Positions 1 through 10,982 of a stretch of DNA of 64,000 nucleotides are shown piece by piece (position 1 is the stretch's first letter; each line of letters opens with the position of its first letter). The notes beneath the pieces were generated by a model. It ran no database searches. It was not told where the DNA came from and saw only the letters and a program-made list of their open reading frames with translations. Both the position numbers and the translations under genes were made by a program. This DNA is from Ptychomitrium polyphyllum (Eukaryota), in the NCBI GenBank assembly GCA_973851085.1, contig OZ316776.1, positions 3,162,001 to 3,226,000 of the forward strand, written 5' to 3'.

Positions 1-2159
1 AAGCATAGACACTGCTGTTGAGCAAATGCTTCCAGGAAGCAAGCATCAAAGATGCATGAGTTACCAGTATTTCGGCATAGCTGTTCCTTGAAGCTACAGA
101 TACAAGAAACAGAGGCAGGTACATACAAGTTGCAACACAGAAATGAGGCTGTAGTTCTTTGTATCTACATACGCAACCTCCTACGGACTGTTCTACATCC
201 TCTGGTAACCTATTCCCATGAACTCAGAGATATTATTGTGCAAATGGACACCAAACAAGTTGCACTGGAGCATCCAGTCTAAACGTTAAAGTCCTAGTAC
301 TGCCCATCAGGAATATAACATTTCTATGACAATCAATGGAGAGTCAAGACTCTTAACCTCTATTTTGATCAAATACTTTAGGTGGACTAGACAAAAATTA
401 TAGCAGGTGATAAAAGGAGGGCAAAAGGGAAGACAAATGGAGGACTTTTGGATATTTTTATTGCACACCACTGTTCACCATTTTCATATCACAAGTATTA
501 TGTTGTCTCGTAAAGGAGAATTAGATGGGTCCAACAGAAAAGTGTCTCACAAATAATATATATAGATGATCATTCAGATGCCACACTTTGGTTAAATTTT
601 CTCTCGAAGCACGTGCCTTGTGTGCCTTTTGTGTGGATACCATACTGAATGATTTAGAAGTTTGTAGGCTGTGCAAAAAATGGCATCTCCTCGTGTTTGG
701 TGCACTCCGTGTGGTAGAGCCTGAAGCTACAGTTTTCTTGCACGTTGAAATGACGTTTCACTTAGTCCTAAAAAGGAAAAAAAGGAAAAAAAGGAAAAAA
801 GAAAAGAAAAGAAGTAGAAACAAGTTTGTAGCTGCATACCTCTTACCAAGGGGTGCCAGTATTGCGATCATGCTTTAACTTCCTGGATTGCCTGGTATGG
901 CACAGAAACTCAGACCTCATCGGTGTCTACTTTGAGGATAGAGTTAGAACTTGGAAACAAGTCTTTTGCAGTCATTGAACATAGGCATATGCATGCCATA
1001 GGAAGCTGATTGCAAATTATTCCTATGTGCACCATGAGGACTTTTTGTAACCCGAGGTTCTGTGATAAGAAAATTTCCACCACAGCTAGTAAATGTGGCT
1101 GGTAAAAGAGATTCATTGCCAGAGGCTCTTAAGGTTCATGCTTGCCGGAGCTTCAAAAAGAATTGTCGAGCAGTAGAAAATGTAGTTGCACGGTTTACAT
1201 AATTTTGCAGTGTACTTGGATCTGAGCTAGTCATGCTTGCAAAGTGACGTCATTCCGATTTTATGAAATTTGTGTCCAAGACACATGATCGGATATAATA
1301 CCACAATTCCAGGAGCTTGCAAGCGTCTTTTTTTCATGTTTCAAGGCTTTCCCCGAGACCCAAATCATTTGAAAAATTTCCGCAGAATGCTATGATGCAT
1401 CCTCCCCCACCTCTTCTCAGATCACACCTACGCCTGGAACAAGAACGAATGACAGAGAAAGGCAACTTATGGAGGCTCTTGTTTTTGCAGTACAGACGAG
1501 AGAAAAAAGCTATAATGAAACAGTGTTGCAAGCTTCACTGAAATACTGAAATCCAAGCAATCCTAGCATGGTTGTGGTTTAGGTTTCAAGATTCTCAGGA
1601 CAAGGAGAATGGGAGGTCCCACAAATCTCCATCCAGCGTGTTCGCCAAAGTATAATTGCAAAAAACAAACTCCACTAACTTGATCCTTTGAAATAACATT
1701 CCAAAACTCACAGCGAAGACGAGCTGAAAGTATGACCACTTCGAAAGATCATCATAATCAAAAGACGAACTTATCAATGCAACAACGACTATATTCATTG
1801 CATGAGAGACGAGAAGCAATATGGAGATTCTGCAATTGCAAAACTCAGCAAGAACTAAAAAAGAAAAGAATTTGGATTTTAGCTCTCTCAATGGCTGGAA
1901 CCTTTCTAATTTCAATTTGAAGAAAGGGTTATGTTCATGCCACCACGACATACTCTCGAACTGCAAAACGTCCCTCAAAACCACAGTTTTGCTAATGCTG
2001 AATAAACCTCAAGCATTCTGACTCTAGTAAGTCCTGTGCTTGTGAATTAACCACTAGGCTCTGAAAAAAAGAATTCATATGATGAAACATTCCGAAGTCA
2101 TTCAAAATATGTTTAGGGTTTCAGTGATGAATTCTGTAAACCCAAAAGAATTGTGGAAA

Positions 2160-2543
2160 CTAAACAAGGAGAGGAGGAAAGGGTTGGGCATGCTCAGGTA
2201 GAAGGGGGTCGTATGACAGCTGCCACGATCTTCGAAGCCGCCGCGTCGTGGCTCCCCTTTGCTCTCTGCAGTTGCCGAAGGAGCCCTTGAAACGCTTGCC
2301 GCGCTTGGTCTTCTTGTCTCCCCTCCCGCACACCACAGCGTCTACGGCGTCCCCTGAGCTCGCCATAGCCATAGCCTGAGCCCCAGACTCATGCCCGACG
2401 AAGTTGGAAGCGGGTCTGTATGTGTCCATGTCCATGATGGGCTGTGGAAAGGAGGTGAACGATCGACACCATAGTGGCGTGAATTCTGCCAATGTCGTGC
2501 GTGTCACAGGCTTCCCCAGCTGAAGAAGGCGGCTCCACCCCAT
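2160..2543 (-). CDS. Organellar (probably mitochondrial) 30S ribosomal protein bTHX / S31 / PSRP4 family, 127 aa from the first ATG
   Basis: The ORF contains the Thx-family signature CGRGDKKTKRGKRFKGSFGN. It is preceded by an N-terminal extension (MGWSRLLQLGKPVTRTTLAEFTPLWCRSFTS) that looks like a transit peptide. First ATG at 2543; the track's 2564 start is GTG. A probable 5'UTR intron runs from donor GTGAGT at 2638 to an AG at ~2577/2570. Confidence 0.85.
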   Translation of the reverse strand: MGWSRLLQLGKPVTRTTLAEFTPLWCRSFTSFPQPIMDMDTYRPASNFVGHESGAQAMAMASSGDAVDAVVCGRGDKKTKRGKRFKGSFGNCREQRGATTRRLRRSWQLSYDPLLPEHAQPFPPLLV

Positions 2544-2571
2544 CGCACCAGGCCTAGCTGCCACGATCTCT

Positions 2572-3367
2572 AAACCCTAGGGGAAAATAAAACTGTACAA
2601 GAAAACTGCACAGAAAAACAACACACACAAAAACTCACTGAGTCTCTTAACATCTTCCTCGCCACATGTTCGAGCAAGAATAATGCAAACCTTAAGAAAC
2701 CATTTGAGCTAGCCTCAAATTCGACGGCACAATCGCAAAACCAGGAAAATTACAGATGTTAGCTTAACCCTAAATCTCTTAAACCTCTCTTATAAAAGAA
2801 AAATTCCTCCACAAACCAAAAAAGACCAGAGATTCGTAACCTCAAGACAACCCAACTACCTCCACCACACAAGTGAACACAGAAGACGCAGATTATTAAC
2901 AACCATATGAGATGCAGCAGAAAGAAAGACCCACAAGCCAGGGAGAATGTCGCCTAAAACGCTTCAACACGCACAGCTTTTAACACGCACAGCTTTCAAG
3001 ACCTGCATATCAGTACCCAACTGAAGAGCATTTGAATTTTCGAGGAAAACCAGACGAACCTCGAGCAACCCTAAGGAAGTGGCAGCATCCGTCGATATGC
3101 ACAACCGACGACTCGAAATACACATTTCCTTCGAAGCCCCAAAACCTCCACAAACAGATTACTGAAATCCCAGGAGGAGAATTATGTGGAGATATTCTGG
3201 AAATCTACAGAAATCGTAGATGAGATGCAGAGATGAGAAACGTTGAAACTCGAGAACTGGTGATCGGCCGCTACGGGGATCCTTTGGATGGGTGGTTTCC
3301 GGTTGATGGCCTTCTTCTTCAAGAGACCAACTCGTTGGATGCTGGGTTTGGGGTTTTAGGGTTAGGG
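2572..3367. promoter_or_regulatory. Telo-box (AAACCCTA-like) cluster in the divergent bTHX/ESF1 leader-promoter region
   Basis: AAACCCTA at 2572-2579, AACCCTAAA at 2766-2774, AACCCTAA at 3067-3074 and TTTTAGGGTTAGGG at 3354-3367. Telo-boxes are known in plant ribosomal-protein and ribosome-biogenesis gene 5' regions. Confidence 0.55.
2966..2996. repeat. 16-bp-period tandem duplication in the bTHX/ESF1 intergenic region
   Basis: AACACGCACAGCTTT at 2966-2980 and 2982-2996. Confidence 0.8.
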
Positions 3368-3578
3368 CGGCCATCAAAAGCCAGAGGATTGGTGGTAAAG
3401 TTGGGGGTCATGCGGTGAGTTCTATCTAGGCAGAAGTTTTGGGATTGAGTTCCTCTTCCAGGATGTCGATTGTGATGTTGTGAAGTTTTGGTGGTGGTTT
3501 TCGGAAGGTTAGTGAGGGAAGGAGTGTTGTGGTGGGTAGTGTTTGTCAAGTTGTCGTTTTATTGTCGACGTAGGAATC

Positions 3579-6500
3579 ATGAAGAAGGACAAGGATGTTA
3601 GCGGCGGGCCACCGCCTGCCATATCCGACCCTCGGTTTGCTAGAGTGCACACGGACCCGCGGTTCATGCGGATGCCGAAGAACAAGACCAAAGTGTCGAT
3701 TGACAAGCGGTTTACGCACATGTTTTCGGACAAGAATTTCTCGGAGCCGCTCGGGGCGGATAAGCGAGGGCGCGCGAAGAAGAAGGAGGAGAAGCACATG
3801 TTGCAGCGGTATTATAAGGTTGGGAAAGGCGAGGGTGTGGGGAGGGCAGGAAGTGGAGAAGGCAGTGATGAAGAGATTGAAGTAAAATCGAGGTTGAAAG
3901 GGAAGGGTGTGGGGAAAATAGAGGCTAAGAGTGTTGGGGGAAAAAAATCAGGGGAGAAGGCGAAGAGTAAAGAGTTTGTTAGACCTAAGTTCCCAGGGCC
4001 TGTGGCGCCTTCAAAGCTAGCTTTAGAAGAGATTGTTGAGGAAGACGAAGGTTATGGGGAAATTGAGCTCAAGCCGAAATTGAAAGGGAAGGAAGAGAGA
4101 AAACCAGCGGGCAAGAGTGCGCAAGGAAAGAAATCAGTAGAGAAGGCAAAGGGTAAAGAATTAACTAGACCTAAATCTTCACAGCCAGCTTTCGACGAGA
4201 GTGATGACGAGGAGAGTGACGAGGAAGACGACAGTGGCGAAGAAATTGGCCTCAATAGTGACGAGAGTGAAGAAGAGTTTGAGCGAGATGTGGGTAGAAA
4301 GACCAAGAATCGTAATGCGTTGATTGCACAACAGGATATTGATTCTGAAGAAGAGGAAGATGAAGGTGCTAGTTTTGAAAGTGGCGAGGATGATGAAGAT
4401 GCTAGTTCCTCGTCTTCCAGTTCATCATCAGAGAGTGAGCCTGAGGAAGAAATGGAAGATCCTAGGGACGAGGAAAAGGTTCCAACAGCACCAGGTGCCG
4501 AGACTCGGAGGTTTGCGATGATGAACATGGATTGGGAACACATAAAGGCTGTCGACTTGCTAATGTTGATGCGATCCTTCCAGCCGAAGGGTGGACGTGT
4601 CGAATGTGTTACTGTTTATCCCTCGGAATTCGGCATTGAGCAAATGAAGGCAGAGGAGGTATTTTGAGAGCATGCTTTGTTTGCGTTGTTGAACAGGAGA
4701 CATTCAAACGAGCTCAAGTGACAGTTAGATCAATAATTGCGTTGAACTCTTGGACAGCTTCTTGTTTGTTCCAATGAGAGTTTAGGGCTTAGGGTTTATG
4801 ATACTGTGATCAGTTTTCATAAATGCCACTTTAATTGCCTGGTGCGGATCAATTTGCGGCATTTGGTTAGATGTTTTAAGTATGTCTAATTGCTCATTGC
4901 AGGTTAATGACGTTAGTTTAGTTGCATTTGCGGTGCTTCATATTTTGAGAGAATGCAAAATCCCACATTGAGTGAATCATTTTGGGGTTTACTGTTGGGA
5001 TGGCGTGTTGGTCCGGAAAGGTCATTCAATGAGCACAATCTTAGTTTGTCTATTACATTGATGCCAGGTGCACGGTCCGAACATGATCTTTGAAGATGAA
5101 GACGACGATGAGGATGAGGACAAGGAAATGAACATGGAGAAGCTACGTGCATACGAGAAGAACAAGCTCAAGTACTACTATGCAGTTGTGGAGTGCGATT
5201 CGAAGCAAACTGCCAACCATCTTTACGCACAGTGTGATGGAATGGAGTTTGAGCGGACATCGAACACTCTTGATTTACGGTTCATTCCGGATGACATGAC
5301 TTTTGTGAGGGAACCTCGGGATGTTGCCAAGGATGTGCAGGATGGGTACAAGGCTCCTGAGTTTGAGACGCGGGCATTACAACATAGTACTGTGAAACTG
5401 ACATGGGATGATGACGAACCAACACGAGTCAAGGCATTGCGCAAGAAGTTCAATGCAGATGAATTGAATGAAATGGATTTTAGGTTCGTGTAAATTCTGG
5501 ACAGTTTGAAATTCTGTAGTATTTTTGTTTGTAGTCGATTCATATCTTTAGTAAGATAGAGTTACCTTTCTGCTATGTTTGTTGCGCTTGAAATTGTGAG
5601 ATTCTAAAGCTGCGTCTATTTTCCCTCCAGAGCCTATCTTGCATCAGAATCTTCGGAAGAAGAATTGGATGATGACGATGAAGATGAGAGTCCAAGCAGT
5701 CCGGAAAGAGGCGATGCGTCCAATGGCGGCAATGCAGAGGGAGCCAAGTCGAAAAAGGACAAGTACCGTTCATTATTGCTTGGTGACTCTGCTGAGGCGG
5801 AGCTACCTGGACAGAAGAAAAAGAAAGGGGATGTGGATATGGAGGTGACCTTCCACACTGGCCTGTCTGAGCTGAGCGAGAAACTAATGCAGAAAAAGGA
5901 GGCCCAAAAACGTGGTGATGAAACTGTGTGGGAGGCTTACTTGCGAAAAAAGAAGGAGAAGAAAGCACAAAAGAAACGAAGCAAGAATGCTAAAGGATCT
6001 GATGATAATTACTCTTCTGAAGACGATGTTGCCAGTCCCTGCACCGACAAGGATGAGGCAGATCCATTCTTTACTCGTGACGATACTGGGTTCGATGATC
6101 CGTTCTTTGCTGATGCTGGTGAATTTCCAGATGAGTCGAAGGCAGCAGCAAAGAAGAGTAGCAAAGAGAAACAACCGAAAGACTCCGAGAGGTTGATGAA
6201 GAGAGCAGAGAAGGAGCAGCAGAAGAAAGAAGAAGAGAGGAGTAAGGCTGAACTGGAGCTGCTTCTTATGGACGACGAAGGAGTACAGGGCGCAGCGCGG
6301 GGCTTTAACCTCAAGGGCAAGAAGGACAAGAAGAAAAAGGATAAGGGGAAAAAGAAGGGTGGGAAGGATAAAGATGGTGATGACCAGGAAGAAGATGACA
6401 AGTTGGCTACTGCAGATCTTACTGATCCACGCTTTGCTCCTCTTTTTACAAACCATCACTATGCCATCGATCCCACTAATCCTCAGTTTCGAAAGTCTGC

Positions 6501-6708
6501 CGCACAGCTTAAGATTCTTTCGGAAGCTCAGCGAAGAAGGGTACAGAAATCTGAAGACGGTGGTGACTCTAGGGCAGCCACTGTTACATTTGATGGTTTG
6601 AATTCTCAGAGCGGTGATGCTACAAATGAGGGCTTCCAGGACCGTAAGAGGAAAGCTGAAATCTCTTCTTTAGTACGGTCACTTAAGAGAAAAGCTGGTA
6701 AGAAGTAA
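3579..6708 (+). CDS. ESF1: Pre-rRNA-processing protein ESF1 homolog (NUC153 domain), 3 coding exons
   Basis: Exons 3579-4658, 5068-5483 and 5631-6708 join in frame through GT-AG introns. Motifs: DPRFARVHTDPRF/IDKRF N-terminus, TRRFAMMNMDWEHIKAVDL, VTVYPSEFG, KLRAYEKNKLKYYYAVVECDS, DLRFIPDD, KLTWDDD, NUC153 DPRFAPLFTNHHYAIDPTNPQF, and long acidic/basic tracts. Confidence 0.93.
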
Positions 6709-8075
6709 AGTTAGGTTGGAGTTTAGGAATTCATTCTTTCGGGACTAGAAAGTAGTTGTAAGAGTGTAGGTGCCTGTATTATTTGTTGCAGTTATGGAAC
6801 TGATTAGAAGAGGCCAGTATGGCTAATTGTGCCCAATGCTTTTTATTCAGACCTTCTTCTATGATCTTATTTCAAACGTTTGAGAGTTTGATATATTTCA
6901 ATGAGATTCTACTGTTGGACGCTTTGCGTCAAGGATCAGTATCATCTGGTGAAATAGAGAGCTGAGGTAGTTTTTTGAATAGTGTTTGTCCACATGCTGG
7001 ATTGCTGGATTTTCTGGAACAGTAGCAGTCTGTAGCTTCATTGAAGTTCCAAAGCTTTCGTTTTTTGGTCGTGAGGTATTTCTAGTTTTCTTTCAAGGTG
7101 GGAAACAGAGGACGTTGCAATACCAACAGACATGGACACCAGGCCTTGCATAACAATAGGGGAAGGAATAAACAATAGAAGATGCTAAATCAACCGTCGT
7201 CACAAGCTGATTTATTTTCACAAGAATAATTTTGCAAAGGGAGAGAACGAAGTTTGTAAAATATTCGTTCGATGAACATCATCTGAAAAATGCCAATAAA
7301 ATTGTTAAAAGGTGACAAACCTGCTTTGTGACTCTTGAGTATTTTAGATGTTTTCTTTTAATTGATTCGTGACTCCAGTAATTTTATTTATTTTATTTCT
7401 TTTAGTTTGTGAAGGGTGAGGTTTGACCAATAAACTTTTGAAGTCCGGAATTCTTGGAAACTATTGAAGAATATTGCCAAATTAGACGAAAACACCTAAT
7501 AGCAAGGTACAATATAAACAATCTCAAACTTTGAGGTTTCTTTAGATAACATGTTAATTTTTTTTTAAAAAGCCTTTCCAACTGAAACAGCTACTTAGCT
7601 TTCACACACGGTACGTAAGTCACTGTCACAATGCCATCAAATGCATAGCCTTGCTCTAACGCAAAGCCATGAAACGAAACCTGAATCAACGTCCTCTGGA
7701 CTACTAACTGAAATCATTCAAGCCCGTAGTTTGCATCCTCAGGAGTACTGCCAGCTGAAATCATGAGACAGGTCTCCCTTACACATGAGAGAGTTCGAGC
7801 TCATTCCTGGTCATGACATTACCCACCATGTGTCAAGTCATTTAGCCTGAGGCTTGCACAGTGCAAGCTATGATACCAGCTGAACAGAAAGCTAATGAAG
7901 AAGGCATGGGTGAGCTGGGTGCCGGACAATTACGGTGCGATTGCCATGACATGTAAGTCTTGCGCAAGTGAAGGATACCAATCTCACGTGTGAGTTGAGT
8001 GACGACCTCAAAGGAGCCCTTCAGCCAGCTAGTACTTCTGCAATGTCCCTTTCACTCACATCTCGACATTACTAC

Positions 8076-8106
8076 AAACGATGCCCAAACGATGCCTAAA
8101 CGATGC
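8076..8106. repeat. 11-bp tandem repeat x3 upstream of the B3 gene
   Basis: AAACGATGC(CC/CT/TG) at 8076, 8087 and 8098. Confidence 0.8.
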
Positions 8107-8400
8107 TGATATCTTTGCAGGGATTCTATATATCTTACTGTTGTACTATTTTCGACCTCGCTGCTATTATTTTCACAGCCAGACTTTATTGCTCCCTATA
8201 CTAGTTCTAGAGGAGGCTCTGTCGTGAGCTTGCTACAGACAACTAATCCGAATATATATACATGATATGTAGTTTTCGTCATTGTTGCTCTTTTGCCTGA
8301 GGCTGAAGCTTGCCATCTCAAGTTTTAGTGAGTGGCAAGAAGTTGAAGCTTGTGAGGGGCTAGTGAGGTTGGAGGTGAAGAGAGGAGAGGAGTTTGCAAG

Positions 8401-10982
8401 ATGGAGCAAGTTGCTGTAAGTGGAGATTTCCCCAAAATGGAGCAGGGTGATGAAGAGGTTACCCCACGCGCCAATGGCTTGAAGATTGGAGAGATTTCCA
8501 ACACCGACATTCAAGTTGCCATCAACGAAGGCAACCGCCAAGGACATACCTTCTTCGTGATTAGGCTTGGCAAGATGGGTGTCGCCATGCCTTATCAGCA
8601 AGTAAGCTACACCTTTGTGAGCATCCTATTGTTCGTTGAGAAAGAGGGTAATCCCATCTGCAGATTAAATTTGCAAGTTTGCAAAAAGGTTCAGATCGTG
8701 TACATTGAACACCGTGGCTTTTTCTCTTTGTTGGAACTGCAGGTGATACCAACAGACTTCGTCAAGTATCATCCGAAGCTGCATCTGGAGGACATAACTC
8801 TGGAAGGGCCATGCGGCCTCTCATGGGGGGTTGCAATCCGCTCTTTCAACAACGTGGTGCGATTTGGCAAAGGATGGAGGCAGTTCTCGGTCGAGAACAA
8901 TCTTCGGGAGGGATACCAGCTTATGTTCAATCTTGTGGGTAAGTCGCGCTTCGTGGTCCACTTCTTTGACAATTTGGGGAATGGCCAAGCCAATTTTCCT
9001 CCCCTGCCGCCCATGCCAACTTTTGAGGAGCCTAATTCAGGGTCTCCGAGAGATGAAGAGAACGCCGGTGAGCCTCCTCCGTTTGAGACACCCTTTGCTA
9101 AACCTCCTACAAAACCTGCGACTTCGCACGCTAAAGCCCCTGCCCTGGATTCCGAAAATGCCAAGGTCATCCTTGCCCAATACTTCACGAAAGTGCATCC
9201 TAATCTGTGCACAGAGGCATCGAAATCCAAGGCCCCTGTCAATACTGAGGACATGACGAAGCACATCTTCAATCCAAGCGAAGTGCTCGATGACGTTGGC
9301 GGTATGGAAGCAAAATATGTTGGGAACCAAGGGAGCTACAAGGAGGAAGCGACAGAGGAAGGCAAGGCTTATATTCTCATTGATAGTGACGATGACGATG
9401 AACTCGTGAAGCAGGGTTTGCCGCAGCTGTTCATTCGGACAGCACGCAAGCACGATCTTCTCGAGGGAATTAACAACATGGACAATGGAGAATCATACTT
9501 AAGAGAGCAAACTGGGTTTTATTCACCAGAGAAGGTCCCCACACCCCGGCTTGCGAGGAATCACATGCATTTGATGCTGGAGGAACAAACAGAGTATGTG
9601 GAGCAAGATCATTACGAGATCCATCGAGAAGTCGAAGAGGACGACCACTTCACAATGTCTAAGACCTGCAGCGACAACATTGCTTTGAAGAACCTCGACA
9701 GGCAGAGACCAGTTCGGAAGATAACATGCGCGAGGCGAGCTTCTTGGGAGGGTAAGGGTGGTCATAGGCATGAGATGTTTGCTAAATCCGATAGCCATGA
9801 CCGTCTTGGGTCGTTTCGTGATCTCTATGAAGAGAAAACTGTTCCGAAAACTGCAACAAGGAATCATGGCTATCGTGAGGAAGTAAGGGATCATACCTCA
9901 ACAAGAAGAGCCTCACAGAGAGAGAGTGCTGTAAGAAATTATTCGATGGCAGCCCTGAGTCCGGCCAAGCTTCTCCTGACACAGCAAAGGTGCATGAATT
10001 ATTCAGAAATTGTTTCGAACTGCAAACGGCGTCGTGTGACGGACGCAGAGAGACAGAGATCCCTGACTAAGGCAACAAGATTTGCAGCTGGTTTGAAGTA
10101 TGAGAGCTTCCTGGTGGTGATGACCGATATTCAAGTCTACCACGGATTTAAACTGGTACAAATTGGTTCATTCTTTTTCAGCAAGAAAGTATTTTGTAAT
10201 TAGACTTACAGATTCACTCGACTGAGATAGTCACCACATTTAGTAAAACTATGAAATGAATAGATCGACACTCCGTAATAATTGTTGCTACATGTGTGCT
10301 GTTGACCTTCAGCCGATTCCACGTGACTTCTTGGAAGTGACGGGAACGCTGAAAGCCAACAAGGTGAAGGTATGCCTCGTCGACAGCAAAAAAACCTGCT
10401 ATGATACTAAGTGGAAGTGGCATGCGGGTGGATATGCACCAATCCTGAACAGCGATGGATGGGCATTGTTTGCACTTGACCACATGCTGGAGGAAGGAGA
10501 TGTGTGTGTCTTTGAGCTTACCGGCCCCGGCCCTGCATTCCTCTTTAATGTTTACATCTTCAAAGTTGTAGAGGATTCAGGAAGGGACGACTCCAACCAT
10601 GAGCTTCGTGATGGCCAGCGCGCCCCACTCAACAAGAAGTAAGACACCCGTTGTACACCATCTCTCGTAGAATTCTGTTTTCGTAGAAACAGCTTCCCCC
10701 AAAGCGTTTACCATTTGCAGCTTTCACATCTTGAAGCAGTTCATGTGATCAGTTTTGCCTGGACAAATTCACAGGTTCGAAAGGCAGGTCTCAGCAGCGA
10801 GCAATGAAGATCGGGAACTCATGCACGACCAAGGCAAGAAGAGGTCCATCCACGATCTTCATCGACCCAGCCACCAGAAAACAATTCAGAAATCGTATAA
10901 TCTTCAGGCATGGACCAAGTTGTTCAAACCAGCGAGGTTCAGAGCTCACTTCGGAGGTACCCGAGGTCAAAGGCAATTCTAG
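8401..10982 (+). CDS. B3 domain-containing protein (REM/VRN1-like, two B3 domains)
   Basis: Proposed exons 8401-8601, 8743-10155, 10313-10638 and 10775-10982, all GT-AG and phase-compatible. B3-1: VIPTDFVKYH...LEGPCGLSWGV...FGKGWRQFSVENNLREGYQLMFNL...FVVHFFD. B3-2: FLVVMTDIQVYHGFKL|PIPRDF...DGWALFALDHMLEEGDVCVFEL...FNVYIFKV. The start codon and the last exon are less certain. Confidence 0.85.

Noticed and set aside
2..90. SIDTAVEQMLPGSKHQRC resembling a Mutator transposase motif, plus short ORFs/exon-like pieces in 1-1140
   Set aside because: Too short, cut by the window edge, followed by a stop, and with no other transposase motifs. I could not build a consistent gene on either strand.
1595..1984. 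129-aa hydrophobic minus-strand ORF
   Set aside because: Non-ATG start, no recognisable motifs, T-rich sequence just downstream of the bTHX stop. It is most likely 3'UTR or intergenic.
4052..6459. Long Ser/Phe/Leu-rich minus-strand ORFs (4052-4543, 5884-6459, 6009-6401)
   Set aside because: These are antisense shadows of the Glu/Asp/Lys-rich ESF1 exons.
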